Assembly (NCBI RefSeq): GCF_009914755.1
Contig: NC_060933.1
Reading direction: 5' to 3' (one strand)
Source of the DNA: the human T2T-CHM13v2.0 reference genome, Homo sapiens
Length of the DNA: 64,000 nt
Part shown: positions 1 through 19,184 of the stretch, one piece after another
Layout: each line of letters starts with the position of its first letter
Position numbering within the stretch: the stretch's first letter is position 1
Translations under genes and position numbers: made by a program
Notes under the pieces: generated by a model
The model's database searches: none
Told to the model about the DNA's origin: nothing
What the model saw: the letters and a program-made list of their open reading frames with translations, nothing else

Positions 1-386
1 TGCCCATAAATATTATTTTATTTTCCTTTGCAAATTATCTTAAACATTGATATCTTTTTTTGATATCTTGATAGCTCTTGTTTGAGAAAACATATGAACT
101 GTAATTGCATTAAGCCATAAATAGTGACAGACATTACAAAATAATTGTTTTAACCAAGAAGTGATGATGTTAGGTATTGGCTAAAAGGCGGGGGGTTCAG
201 AAAATAACTTTCAAAACAGTTCAATTTTTTAAAAATACACATATATGGTCGTGTGAAAGAGAAAAAATATCAGTGGCTCCAGTCAGGGTGTTAATGAGAA
301 GCTAGGTCCAACATAATTCAAAACAATGATCAGCCAAGCAAATTAAAGACTGCCTGACTCATCCTTCACAAGCAGATATCAATCAC

Positions 387-433
387 TGGGTGAGATCTCT
401 GCTCCACGTGGGTGAGATCTCTGCTCCACGTGG
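387..433. repeat. 22-bp perfect tandem duplication containing two CACGTG E-boxes
   Basis: TGGGTGAGATCTCTGCTCCACG occurs at 387-408 and 409-430, followed by TGG. Confidence 0.95.
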
Positions 434-759
434 CTGAAAAACATGGGTCAAAAAGAGTCATGTGCTGGTTAATCTGACATAGGGGACCACCCACAAATAC
501 TTTACATTTTGCTCTGGTATGTATAATGTAATTTTATGCAGCTTAATTTCTATTTTGTAATGAATAATATATTCTCATGGTTCAAAGCTTAAAAATAAAA
601 AACAGTGAATGGAGAAGAATCTCCTGCTCCATCTGTGCTCAGCTGCAGTGCTTTTTCTCCCCAGAGGCAGGCTGTGTTATGTATTATGCATCTACCCAGC
701 ACTAGTGTGTGCACATCTGTGTGCACATATACATTTATATGTGGATATGCAAATATATA

Positions 760-1123
760 CAAATGCTCCTTGACTTACAATGGAGTTATGTCCCAATAAA
801 CCCATCATAAGTTGAAAATCTCCTACGTCAAAAATGCACTTAATACACCTAACCTAATGATAATCATAGCTTGGACTAGCCTACCTTAAACATGCTCAGA
901 ACACTTCCCTTAGCCTGCAGTTGGGCCAAGTTGTCTAACACAAAGCCTATTTCACAATACAGTGTTGACTGTCTCTTGCAATTGATTGAATATTGTATGG
1001 AAAGCGAAAAGCAGAATGATTGTATGGATACTCCAAGTACAATTTCTACTGAACGCATATATTGTTTTCACACCACCCAAAAGTCAAAACTAAGTTGAAC
1101 CATTGTAAATTGGGGACTGTCTG
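760..1123 (+). mobile_element. MER47A (TcMar-Tigger MITE), full length
   Basis: Starts CAAATGCTCCTTGACTTACAATGG, ends CCATTGTAAATTGGGGACTGTCTG (terminal inverted repeats); TA on both sides; about 364 bp. Confidence 0.85.
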
Positions 1124-3000
1124 TACATGCTCTTCCACCTCTCACTTTTTCACACAAGCAGTAGCCTACTTTACCAACTATTCCGGACTTTGCTTTTTTC
1201 ACTTAATATACCCCCTAGATTGTTTCTAATCACAAGTGAAGCAGTTCCTCATTATTTTTAAAAGTCAAATAGAATTCCATTAATAGTATATGCCATATCC
1301 ATTAATTAATGTTTCAACAGATCCTTTGCTATTAAACACTACAATGCAATGTATAATCTTGACTTAACTCACTTCATAGTTGTAATTTTTTATTTGCATA
1401 TAGTCAGTGTTATTGTTTTGCATTTTACATTTAGGTCTGTGATACATCTGAGGGTTTCTTTTTCTGTAAAAGTATACGATCTATGTCTAGAATCCTCTTA
1501 TTTTTTGCATGTGGATGTCTAATTATTCTATGACCATTTGTTGAAAACCATATCCTTTTCCCATTGAATTATCTTGTTCTTTTGTCAAATATCAGTTGTC
1601 TATATTTGTGTGGGTCCATTTCTGAACTTTCTATTCTGTTCCACTGATCTTTCACCAATGCCACACTGTCTTGACTGTTATAGTTTTATGTGAAGATGGA
1701 TAGTATTAGTCCTCTATTTTTTTTTTCTTTAATATTGTGTTTGCTATTCTAGGTATATTGTCTCTCCAGTAAAACTTGGCAATAAGTTTGTTGATATTCA
1801 CAAAGTAAATGCTGAGATTTTGATTGGGATTGCATTGAATCTATAGATAAAATTGATAAGAAGGGACATCTTGACAGTATTGAGCTTCCCTATCTATGAA
1901 CATGGAGTACCTCTCCATTTGTTTAGTTTTTTGATTCCTTTCACCACAGTTTTGTAGTTTCTCTTATAAAGATCAGTGCACATTTTGTTAGATTTATACC
2001 TGAATATTTCATATTTTGAGCTAATGTAAATGGTATTAAAGTTTTTATTTCATATTCCAATTGTAATTGCTCATGTATGGGAAAACAATTGGCTTTGTAT
2101 ATAAATCTTGTATCCTGAAAGCTAGCTACAATCACATGTTAGTTTCAGGAGATTTTTGTCAGTTGTATAGGATTTTATACATAGACAATCATGTCATCTA
2201 CAAACAAAAATGGTTTTATTTCTTGCTTCTTCCAATCTGTATACCTTTTATTTACCAAATATCCTTTTTTTGTCTTAGTGCATTAGCTAAGACTTCCAGT
2301 ATTATGCTGCATAGGAGTGATGAGAGGGGACATCATTGTCATTCCTGATTTTAGCAGGAAAGCTTCTAGTTTGTCAAGAATAATGCTAGCTGTGGGTTCT
2401 ATTTTATTTTGCTAATATTCTTTATTAAGTTTAAGAAGTTCCTCACTATCCCTAATTTGCTGAGAATTTTTATCGTAAATGGGTGTCAGATTTTGTCAAA
2501 TACTTTCTCTACATCTATTGATATGATCATGTGATTTCTCTTCTTTAGCTGGTGGATGTAATGGATTGCACTAATTGATTTTTCAATATTGATCCAGACT
2601 TATATACCTGGAATAAATCCAACTTGATTATGTTATACGATTCTTTTTATACATTGTTGGGTTCGATTTTCTAACATTTTGTTGAGAATTTTTGCATCTA
2701 TTTCATGAGAGATATTGGTCTGTAGTTTATTTTTTCTTGTAATGGCATTATCTGGTTTTGATATTTGGATAATGCTAGTCTCATAGAATGAATTAGAAAC
2801 TATTCTCTCTATTTCTATCTTCTGGGAAAGATTGTAGAGAATCAGTATTATTTTTTACCTAACTATTTTACAAAATTCACCAGTAAACTCATCCAAGTCT
2901 GGTACTTTATGTCTTGAAAATTATTAATTATTGATTTAATTTCTTGAATTGATATAGATCTACTTAGATAACATATTTCTTTTTTTGTGGGTTTTGGAAG

Positions 3001-3300
3001 TGTCTTAGTGGCACTTAGGTGCCAGCAGGTTTGGTGTCTGGGGGGGGCTGTTCTCTACTTCCAAGATGATGCCTTGCACACCATATATTCCAGACTGAAG
3101 GAACACTGTGTTCTTACATGACAGAAGGCAGAAGGGCAAAAAGAGACAAACTTCCTCCTCCAAGCCTTTCTATAAGGGCACCTAATCCCATCCACAAGAG
3201 GTGACCTCTCATGGCCTAATCATTTCTTAAGGGCCCACCTCCTAATACTATCACATTGACAGCACCTGAATTTTGGAGGAGACATATTAGAACAATAGCA
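3001..3300 (-). mobile_element. MaLR solo LTR (MSTC/MSTD/MLT1A-like), internally shortened
   Basis: TGTCTTAGT...AATAGCA termini; 5-bp TSD GGAAG at 2996-3000 and 3301-3305. Confidence 0.8.
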
Positions 3301-3775
3301 GGAAGATTATCCCTTTCAAGGAATTGGCCAAATAGGATGGAATTGGTCCATCAACTAGGTCATCAAATTTGTGAGTATAGTTTATAATATTCTTTTAATA
3401 TCCTTTAACATCCATGGGATCAGTAGTGATAACCCCTCTTTCATTTGTGGTATGAGTTGCTTGTATCTGCTCTCTTTTTTAATTGGTTAGCCTGGCTCGA
3501 GCTTTATCAATTTTATTGATCTTTTCAAAGAATGAGTTTATGGTTTCATTAATTTTTCACTTGACTTCCTGTTTTGAATTTTTTTAATTTCATCGATTTC
3601 TGCTTTTATTTTCTACTTTTCTTCAGCTTTCTTTGGAGTTAACCTGCTCTGCTTTTTCTAATTTTCTAAGGCAAAAGCACTGATTATTTTTAAAAATTTT
3701 TCTCCCTTTCCATTATATGGATTAAATGCCATGAATTTCCTTCGAAACATTGCTTTTGCTGCTTCCCACAAGTTT

Positions 3776-4086
3776 TTGTTTGTTTGTTTGTTTTTATTTT
3801 TTTTTTTGATGAAGTCTCGTTCTTTCGCCCTAGCTGGAGTGCAGTGGCTGGATCTTGGTTCACTATAATCTCCGCCTCCCAGGTTCAAGAGATTCTCCTG
3901 CCTCAGCCTTCCAAGTAACTGGGATTGCAGGCACGCCCCACCATGCCTGGCTAATTTTTGTATTTTTAGTAGAGATGGGGTTTCGCTATGTTCGCCATGT
4001 TGGTCTCGAACTCCTGACCTCAGGTGATCTGCCCAACTCGGCCTCCCAAAGTGCTGGGATTACAGGTGTGAGCCATTGCACCTGGC
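3776..4086 (-). mobile_element. AluS
   Basis: Full antisense dimer with T-rich tail; TSD CACAAGTTTT on both sides. Confidence 0.95.
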
Positions 4087-4426
4087 ACACAAGTTTTAAT
4101 TAAGTTGTATTTTCATTTTCATTTAATTAAAAACATTAAAATTTCTCTTCAGATTTTTTTTCTTGGACCCACATGTTATTTAAAACTGTGTTGTTTAATT
4201 TCTAAGTATTTTAGGATTTTCCATCTATTTTCTGTTATTAAATTCTACTTTTATTTCATTGTAGTGTGAGAGCAATACATTTTATGATTTTTATTCTTTA
4301 TATTTGTTATGATGTATTAATATTTTATAGCCCATAATCTGGTTTATCTTGGTGAATGTTCTATGTGAGCTTGAGAAGAATTATATTCTGCTGTTGTTAG
4401 ATAAGATATTCTATAAAAGTGTATTG

Positions 4427-4726
4427 AGCTGGGTGCAGTGGTTCATACCTATAATCCCAGCACTTTGGGAGGCCGAAGCGGGCACACCGCTTGAGGACAG
4501 GAGTTCGAGACCAGCCTGGCCAACATGGCGAAACCCCGTCTCTACTAAAAATACAAAAATTAGCCAGGCATGGTGGCACACACCTGCAATCCCAGCTACT
4601 CAGGAGGCTGAGGCACGAGAATCACTTGAACCTGGGAGGCGGAGGTTGTAGTGAGCCAAGACTGCACCACTGCACTCAGCCTGGGTGACAAAGAGTGAGA
4701 CTCTGTCTCAAAAAAAAAAAAAAAAG
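4427..4726 (+). mobile_element. AluS
   Basis: Full dimer with TACTAAAAATACAAAAAT linker and poly(A) at 4710-4725. Confidence 0.95.
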
Positions 4727-5138
4727 AGTTTATTGTATCCTGCTGACTAATGGTGCTGTTCACTATATCCTTACTGATTTTCTGCTTGCTGGATCTGGTA
4801 GTTACTGATAGGGGGATGTTGAATTCTTCACCTTTAATAGTTGATTTGTCTACTTCTCCTTGCAAATTTATCATTTTTTTGTTCATATATTTTGACACTC
4901 TGTTGTTAGAGGTGTACTCTTTAAGAATTATTATGTCTTCTTAGAAAAGTGATCCCTTTATTATTATTTAAAACCCTTTTATCCTTAGTAACTTTCCTTG
5001 TTCTGAAACCTACTTTGTCTGAAATTAATGTATCTACTCTAGCTTTCTTTTGATTACTATTAGTGTTGTGTATCTTTCTCCATCTCATTACTCTTCTTCT
5101 ATATGTGTCTTTATTTTTAAAGTGGATGTCTTGTAGAT

Positions 5139-5450
5139 CAGTGGTCCTTAACCTTTTTGGCACCAGGGACCAGTTTTGTGGAACACAATTTTTCCATGGA
5201 CTTGGGGTGGGGGATAGTTTTGGGCTGAAATTGTTCCACCTCAGATAATCAGGCATTAGAATCTCATAAGGAGCATGCAATCTAGATCACCTGCATGTGC
5301 AGTTCACAATAGGGTTCTCACTCCTATGAGAATCTGATGCCTCCATTGATATGACAGGAGGTGGAGCTCAGGTAGTAATGCTCATTTGCCCGCCGCTCAC
5401 CTCCTGCTGTGTAGCCGTTTCTGACAGGCCATAGCCAGGGGGTTGGGGAT
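5139..5450 (+). mobile_element. MER1B (hAT-Charlie MITE), 3' end clipped
   Basis: CAGTGGTCCTTAACCTTTTTGGCACCAGGGACCAG start; homologous to copies at 26674 and 58146. Confidence 0.85.
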
Positions 5451-5945
5451 GATATGGTTCAGTCCTGTTTTTTATCCACTCAGTCTCTGTTTTTTAATTG
5501 GTGTATTTAGATCAGTGACATTTAACTATTGATATAGTTGGATTTATATCTACCGTATTTGTTATTGTTTTCTATTTGTTGCCTTTGTTCTTTGTTTCTA
5601 TTTTCACCTTCCACTGTTTTTCTGCCTTCTGTAGTTTTATTTTATATGATTCCATTTTCTCTCCTTTCTTTGCATATAAATTACACTTTTTACCTATTTT
5701 AGCCGTTGCTGTAGAGCTTACAATATACATTTACAACTACTCTATGTCCATTTTTAGATAACGCTATACTGCTTCACGGGTAATGCGAGTACCTTTTAAG
5801 AGCATATTCCCAACCCTTCCCTCTTATCTCTTATATCATTGCTGTTATTCATTTTACTTATCTACAAGCTAAAATCAGCAAACACATTGTTGCTCTTATT
5901 TTGAACAAACTGTTATCTGTTAGATCCATTAAGAATAAGAAAAAT

Positions 5946-6222
<277 letters not shown>

Positions 6223-7112
6223 GAAAAACAAAAGATCTTAGTTTTACCTTTATTTATGCATTCTCTAACATGCTTCCTGTTACATAGATCTAAGTTCCTG
6301 ACCTATATCACTTTCCTTCTCCCTGAATAACTTCTTTAACATTTCTTGCAAGATAGGTCTACTGCTGACAAATTCCCTTGATTCTTTATTGTCTGAGAAA
6401 GTCTATTTCTCCTTCACTTTTGGAGGATAATTTCACAGAATTCTGGGTTGATAGGTTTTATTCTTCCAACACTTTAAATATTTCACTCCACTTTCTTCTT
6501 GCTTGCCTGGTGTCTCAGGAGAAGTTGGACTTAATTCTTATCATTACTCCTCTATAGATGAGATGGTTTGCTCTGCCCCTGGCTCCTTTCAAGACTTTCT
6601 TTGTACTTATTTTCTGCAGTTTGGATACAATATGCCTAGGAGTAGATATTTTGGCATTTTTCATTCTTGATATTCTCCAAGCTTCTGGAATCCGTAGTTT
6701 CATGTCTGTCTTAATTTTGGGAAATTCTTATTCTTTATTGCTTCAATAATTCTTCTGTTCCTTTCTCTCTTCTTCTGGTGTTCCCATTATTCATATGTTA
6801 CATCTTTTGTAACTGTCCCACAGTTTCTGGATATTCTGCTCCATTTTCTGAGTCTCTTCTCTTTGCTTTTCAGTTTGTGAAGTTTCTATTGACATATCCT
6901 GAAGCTCAGAGCTTCTTTCTTCAGCCATGTCTAGACTACTAATGAGACCATCAAAAGCAGTCTTCATTTCTTTATAGTGTTTTTGATCTCTAGTATTTCT
7001 TTTTAATTCTTTCTTAGAATTTTCATCTCTCTGTTTACATTACCCATCTATTCTTGCATTTTGCTTACTTTTTCCATTAAAGCTATCATAATATATATCA
7101 TAGTTCTTTTAA

Positions 7113-7616
7113 CCCTTTTTCCATTTGCCCCAAGAATACTTGCTGGTGGCGCTTGTGACTGCAATGTTTACCCTGAGATGACTTTGCCATGAAATATTAT
7201 TATTTTCACATTGCTCTAGTATGTCAACTTTGGAAATAAAAGACATCATTCAATTTATAGCATTGTTTTTAGTAGTGGCATTTCCATTTACAAAATATAG
7301 TAATTCTCAATCGCTGAAAATGTCAAATCCTAGAAAGCAGCAATCCTACTTGTGATGTTAACATCATTCTCAAGTAGTTGTTGCCTGAAGATTCATTTGA
7401 TGAATCTGATTTTTCTGAAATAGATGATTCTGATGATTCAGATGATTCTGATGTTAATTCTGTTTAGAAATAATTCCATGAAAAGTTTTTATATTTTATT
7501 TTCACAGTGAAAATCAGTCAGATTTGCTTCAGCTTCAAAGAGTGTGTTTATGTAAAAATTAAGTGAGTGCTGGTAGCGAGCTGCCCTTTTTTTTTTTTTT
7601 CTAAATGGGAAAAGGG
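7113..7616 (+). mobile_element. MER75 (piggyBac-family MITE), full length
   Basis: TTAA TSD at 7109-7112 and 7617-7620; TIRs CCCTTTTTCCATTT and AAATGGGAAAAGGG; about 504 bp. Confidence 0.9.
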
Positions 7617-8599
7617 TTAAATTCTGGGTCTGATATTTAACCTCTCTACTACATCTGAGTCTGGTTCTGATGCTTGCCTTGTCTCTTCATACTCTATGTG
7701 TGGGCATGTATGTGATTTGGGAGTTTGTTTATTTATTTTTGACTTTTAGTATGACTTGTAATATTCCACTGAAAGCCAGACATAATGTACTGGGTGAAAA
7801 CAATTGTGGTAAATAGGCTTTTCGTGATGTAGCACTAAAGTATGTGGAGTAATGGGAAGCGTTCTGTAATCCCATGATAGTCTCAGTCTTTTAGAGAGCC
7901 TGTGCCCTGGATGGTGACTTTCACAAGTGCTGCTGAGCACCTCCTCTCCCCTTTCCCTTTTCCTCTAGTCAGAAAAGCTGGAAGAGGCTTGGTTAGGTAT
8001 TTCTCTTTTTCACATGGAGTTTAGAACAGGCTGGAATTGACCATTACCTTTCCCCAGGGATGCTTAGCTTCTGGTAAAATGCAAGTCAGTTAGGTTCTGG
8101 TGAACCAGTCTTCTTGGAGGGTAGACTTTTTGAAAGGAGAGAAGAATGCCCTGGGAGTATTTCAAAACAGTTACTTTTCCACATTTCTCTGCTGGAGATA
8201 TGGGGAGATTTTTCCTATGATCTTCACCCTGAGTACCTCCTGGGGTTTTGGGAGACAAAACTTAGGAAAATGTGCCTCCCGCCCACAATGCTCACCAGCC
8301 TTTAGGGTTTTGGTTTTTGTTTTTATTTTTCCTTTCAAGTTAGTTCACACCCAGTCTCCAGCAATTAGTCAATAAGTACTTTTACCTGATGCTGGTTTCA
8401 CTGCAGGTTTCAGTTTCCCACTCCAGGTAAACGGATTCTCTGTGTATGTCTGTGTCTCCAGTTTTAGAGTGGTGGTTTATCCTATGATCTAAATTCTCTG
8501 GTGGATCTAAAAAGAGTTGTTAATTTTCAGTTTTTCAACTTTTCTTAAATTGTGAGAATGAATGGAAGTTGTGACTTGAAAGCTCCTTACACTTTGGAC

Positions 8600-9590
8600 T
8601 GACTCTTCTAGTATTTTTAACACTTCTTTAAAAATTGATATCTTTTATCCATCTGGAATTTCAGTATAAACTGTGATGTATAAATATAGATTTATTTTTT
8701 TCCAACTGATCTCCTATTTGTCCTAAAGCATTTATTGAATGATCCACTTTTGCACTTACGAAATGCCAGTTCTGTGATCTAGCAAATTTTCACAAGTCCA
8801 CAAAGCTATATCTAGACATTCTATTCTATGGCATAGATATATTTATTCATGCACGAATACTATGTCATTTTAATTACTGTAGCTTCATAATATGTTTAAA
8901 CATCTAGCAGGGTTAGTCTTCGTCATCATTTTTATTCTTTACATATTTTCTGCCTATTCTGTCTCATTTATTTTTTCCATAAGAACTTTGCCTAGTTAGA
9001 AAAAGTTTTCAGTGATATTTTTATTGGATTCCAAATAATGTTAGAGTTTAACTTACTGAGGGAATTAATATCTTTGTAATATTGAGTTTTCTGGTTGAGT
9101 ATACAGGCAGTCTTTCCAGTTGTTCAGGTCTTTAAAAAATTATCTTCAGAAGAATTTTACAGTTGTACAGTTTTTCTCACAGATTTTCCACACTTTTTGT
9201 GCAATTATTGATTTTCTTTATATTTTAATGGACTTTTTTCTTCAATTTAGCTCCTCCAAATAACTGTTGCTTTTTATAAATAAAGGTTGTAGAATTCTGT
9301 ATATTGATTGTGTACCAAGTCACATTATTGAATTAACTTATTGTTTGTAATATTTTTTCAGAAGATACCTTCATTTTAAGGTATATAATGAATTAATAAG
9401 TAAAATATTATTTGTTTATTGTGTATAACTCATTATAATATTTTTACTTTTCCAATTTTTATACTTTGAATTTCTTACTAGTACTTCTCATTGTATTAGC
9501 TGGCACTTCCAAAACAAATCTAAATAACGATGATGAAAGTGGACATCATGGCCTTATGATTTAATTTGCTATAAGTACTTTTAAATAAGA
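8600..9590 (-). mobile_element. Highly diverged L1M(E) ORF2 fragment
   Basis: T-rich antisense L1-like sequence paralleling the 1400-2350 region. Confidence 0.6.
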
Positions 9591-10127
9591 AAGAAGTGCT
9601 TCCAGTTCCAAGATGGCTGAATAGGAACAGCTCCAGTCTACAGCTCCCAGCATGAGTGATGCAGAAGACGGGTGACTTCTGCATTTCCAACTGAGCTTTG
9701 AAGAGAGCAATGGTTCTTCTAGTATGGAGTTTGAGATCTGAGAACAGACAGACTGCCTCCTCAAGTGGGTCCCTGACCCCCGAGTAGCCTAACTGGGAGA
9801 CACCTCCCAGTAGGGGCCTACTGACATCTCATACAGCTGGGTTCCCCTCTGAGACGAAGCTTCTGGAGGAAGGATCAGGCAGCAACATTTGCTGTTCTGC
9901 AATATTTGCTGTTCTGCAGCCTCCGCTGTTGATAGCCAGGCAAACAGGGTCTGGAGTGGACCACCAGCAAATTCCAACAGACCTGCAGCTGAGGGTCCTG
10001 ACTGTTAGAGGGAAAACTAACAAACAGAAAAGAATAGCATCAACATCAACAAAAAAGCACATCCATACCAAAACCCCCATCTGTAGGTCACCATCATCAA
10101 AGACCAAAGGTAGATAAAACCACAAAA

Positions 10128-11151
10128 ATGGGGAGAAACCAGAACAGAAAAGCTAAAAATTCTAAAAACCAGAGTGCCTCTGCTCCTCCAAAGGATCGCA
10201 GCTCCTTGCCAGCAAAGGAACAAAGTTGGATGGAGAATGACTTTGACGAGTTGACAGAAGTAGGTTTCAGAAGATTGGTAATAACTAACTTCTCGGAACT
10301 AAAGGAGGATGTTCGAACCCATCGCAAGGAAGCTAAAAACCTTGAAAAAAGATTAGAAGAATGGCTAACTAGAATAAACAGCATAGACAAGACCTTAAAT
10401 GACCTGATGGAGCTGAAAACCATGGCACGAGAACTGCGTGACATATGCACAAGCTTCAGTAGCTGATTCGATCAAGTGGAAGAAAGGGTACCAGTGATTG
10501 AAGATCAAATGAATGAAATGAAGCGAGAAAAGAACTTTAGAGAAAAAAGAGTAAAAAGAAACAAACAAAGCCTCCAAGAAATATGGGACTATGTGAAAAG
10601 ACCAAATCTACACTTGATTGGTGTACCTGAAAGTGACGGGGAGAATGGAACCAAGCTGGAAAACACTCTTCAGGATATTATCCAGGAGAACTTCCCCAAC
10701 CTAGCAAGGCAGGCCAACATTCAAATTCAGGAAATACAGAGAACAACACAAAGATACTCCTTGAGAAGAGAAACCCCAAGACACATAAATATCAGATTCA
10801 TCAAGGTTGAAAGGAAGGAAAAAATGTTAAGGGCAGCCAGAGAGAAAGGTCGGGTTACTCACAAAGGGAAGCCCATCAGACTAACAGTGGATCTCTCAGC
10901 AGAAACTCTACAAGCCAGAAGAGTAGGGGCCAATATTCAACATTCTTAAAGAAAAGAATTTTCAACCCAGAATTTCATATCCAGCCAAACTAAGCTTCAT
11001 AAGTGAAGGAGAAATAAAAACCTTTACAGACAAACAAATGCTGAGAGACTTTGTCACCACCAGGCCTGTCTTACAAGAGCTCCTGAAGGAAGCACTAAAT
11101 ATGGAAAGGAACAACTGATACCAGCCACAGGAAAAACATGCCAAATTGTAA
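10128..11151 (+). pseudogene. L1 ORF1p (RNA-binding chaperone), disrupted
   Basis: MGRNQNRKAKNSKNQSASAPPKDRSS...SLQEIWDYVKRPNL; premature TGA at 10464-10466; frameshift near 10920. Confidence 0.95.
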
Positions 11152-11214
11152 AGACCATCGAGGCTAGGAAGAAACTGCATCAACTAATGAGCAAAATAAC
11201 CAGCTAACCTCATA

Positions 11215-16912
<5,698 letters not shown>

Positions 16913-18299
16913 GATGTTTAGAAATAAAAAGTACCCCTATACCTGTTACCCCTGCTCTCTGGCTTCCTCTGATGGAAACAGAAAGCGGCTTGGTCTGGTG
17001 AGGGGTTTGAGCCTCTGTAGAAACTAGGAGCTGCAGCTGAGATATTTGCCTCCTCAACTTCTGCCCTCTGCGCACTGTGGAGTGAGTGAGGAGAGGGTGC
17101 TCCTTTTCCTGTGGGCATGCAGCTCTGTGAGGGTTCTCCGGCCTTTTTGTCTTTTTCTTCAGCAGGATTTCCACATCTGATGTTTATTTTACAACCGTGT
17201 CTTGTTTTTCAGGTTGCCATGAACAGAAGCAAAATAGTAGGTATAAAAAATGTCTTTAGATCTGCAGAAGAAAGCCACCCTATAAACCCAAGGCATTATT
17301 ACCAGCAATAAAATGATTCAGGACATTCATCTCCTATTTGTCCACTTTCCAAAAAGAACCTTTTCTTTCTTTTGCTGACTTCTCTACATCTCTTTCCTCC
17401 CACCTGCTCTAGAAAAGTAAATATCTGGTTTCAATTATTTATGGGACGTAGAGTTATTTTTGTTCCAATGGGGTCTCAGAGATTTCTCACATTTTAAACA
17501 ATTTTGTAGCTTCCCAGGTAGAAATAAAGGAGGCCTGGGACCTATTGCCTCACTTTCTCATTTTCTCAAGATTCAAGGCACCACGTGGTACTCTGACTTC
17601 TGTAATTACTCTATTGGGCTCTCCATCCGATTGGAATGTTTTCCAAGGAAAGAGAACTAGATTTTTCTAATCTGATTTTAGCTATTTTAAAACAACTTTT
17701 AACCAGTCTGGCTATGGACTAATTCCTAGTATTTCAGGTTTATTATGGGAGATAAATCACTGTAGCCTTGGAAACTGGTCATGGAGTTGGGGGTCCGGGA
17801 CTGACACTGTTTTTGGCTGCTACATGTGTGGGAGCTTAGAGATTCCACCTGGCAACCTGCCCAGGGGACGCATTCTGGGCTCACCCTGGTGTGGGCTCTG
17901 AATTCCACAGAGCTCAGGTCTCAGGCAAATGCCCCTGGACTCAGCACCCTTGGGCCCTGGCAAAGAACCTGGGCTCTTTTCACTGCAGAAGAGCAGCTGA
18001 ACTAGCTTTTATCAGAGGAGGATATTTTTGATAGTGTTAAACAGTTTGCTATAGTATTTACTTCCAAGCTGAGACACCGACAGAGCTGGGAGGCATGAGA
18101 TGTGTTTTCTGGGCAGACCGGTTTCCTCATTAAATTGGGGATAATCATACTTTCTTTTTGAACTTCACTGGTGAACCTGGCAAATGTTAGAGGTGGGTGG
18201 ACTCTGAGGCCATCTGTGCAATATGATTTCTCTGCAAGGAGTAGGTCAGCTGGCAGATAATAAGGTAGCTTCTGTCACTCCAGATTGTTTTTTTCAGGT

Positions 18300-18680
18300 T
18301 AGGCTGTGTAAACAAATGTGAACCTGAGGAGTCCTTTGTGGTGGATCTGGAGTGGCTAATAGGCCTAGATTTAAAATAGTAGCCATTTCCTGATTAGAGG
18401 TACTCTGAATTTCCCCAAAACCCACACTGCAGTTCCCCTTTGGGACTTTCAGGACTCATCTGAACCAACCGATCAGAACTTACCTGCAATTCACCAATCA
18501 AACTCAGCTGCAATCCACCAATCAGAACTAAGCAAGTTTCAATCCTTCACTTGCATAAACAGATCCGACTGGGAACCTGGGTGGAACCCTTTTTTGCTAT
18601 GAAACCCAAACCCTTCCCTTGTTCTCTGGAAGGCAGTTTTGCTTTACTCTGAAGGCCTGCATCTCCCCATTTTGCAGGGG
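18300..18680 (+). mobile_element. Old ERV1-type LTR fragment (MER90-like)
   Basis: GAGTGGCTAATAGGCCTAGATTTAAAATAG; repeated ACCAATCA motifs; octamer-like TTGCATAA. Confidence 0.55.
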
Positions 18681-19184
18681 ATAATCTACTTCTTGCTCTT
18701 TTGCTTACCCAAGATAGCTTATACTTTGGTATATAAGATCTCTTCTGAGACACACAACAATCATTTAGGATTGATAATGTAGATATTGTAATTTCCAGAG
18801 TAGACGGGTGGGGAGGTGTCACCTTGCAGGTGGTAAAGTTCCTCCCAGGTGCACAGGCTGGTGGATAATGGAAGGAGGGAGGAGCTCTCCCTTTTCCTAA
18901 AGCTGTTTGGAAGAGGTTCTCCGCATTCTTCTGCAAGTAAAATTTAGTCTCAAGGCTATAGTGATCTCCATTTATCTAAAATAAAATGACATAATAGATT
19001 AATACATATTCCTTATAGAAAAGTAACAAAATGTAGATACAAAAACACATCATATCTCCACATAAGCTCTGCTGTGGGAGTGTGTATAATAGTGTACATG
19101 TTATTGCTTTTTTGCATATGTATAAGTGATTTTAATATAAAAAGCTGTAGCTTACCTTAGTGTTCAATAATTTCCACTCGCTGC

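Noticed and set aside
3658-4898. ORFs such as '[22 protein letters not shown]'
   Set aside because: Typical Alu translations; the same applies at 5973, 39739 and 60012.
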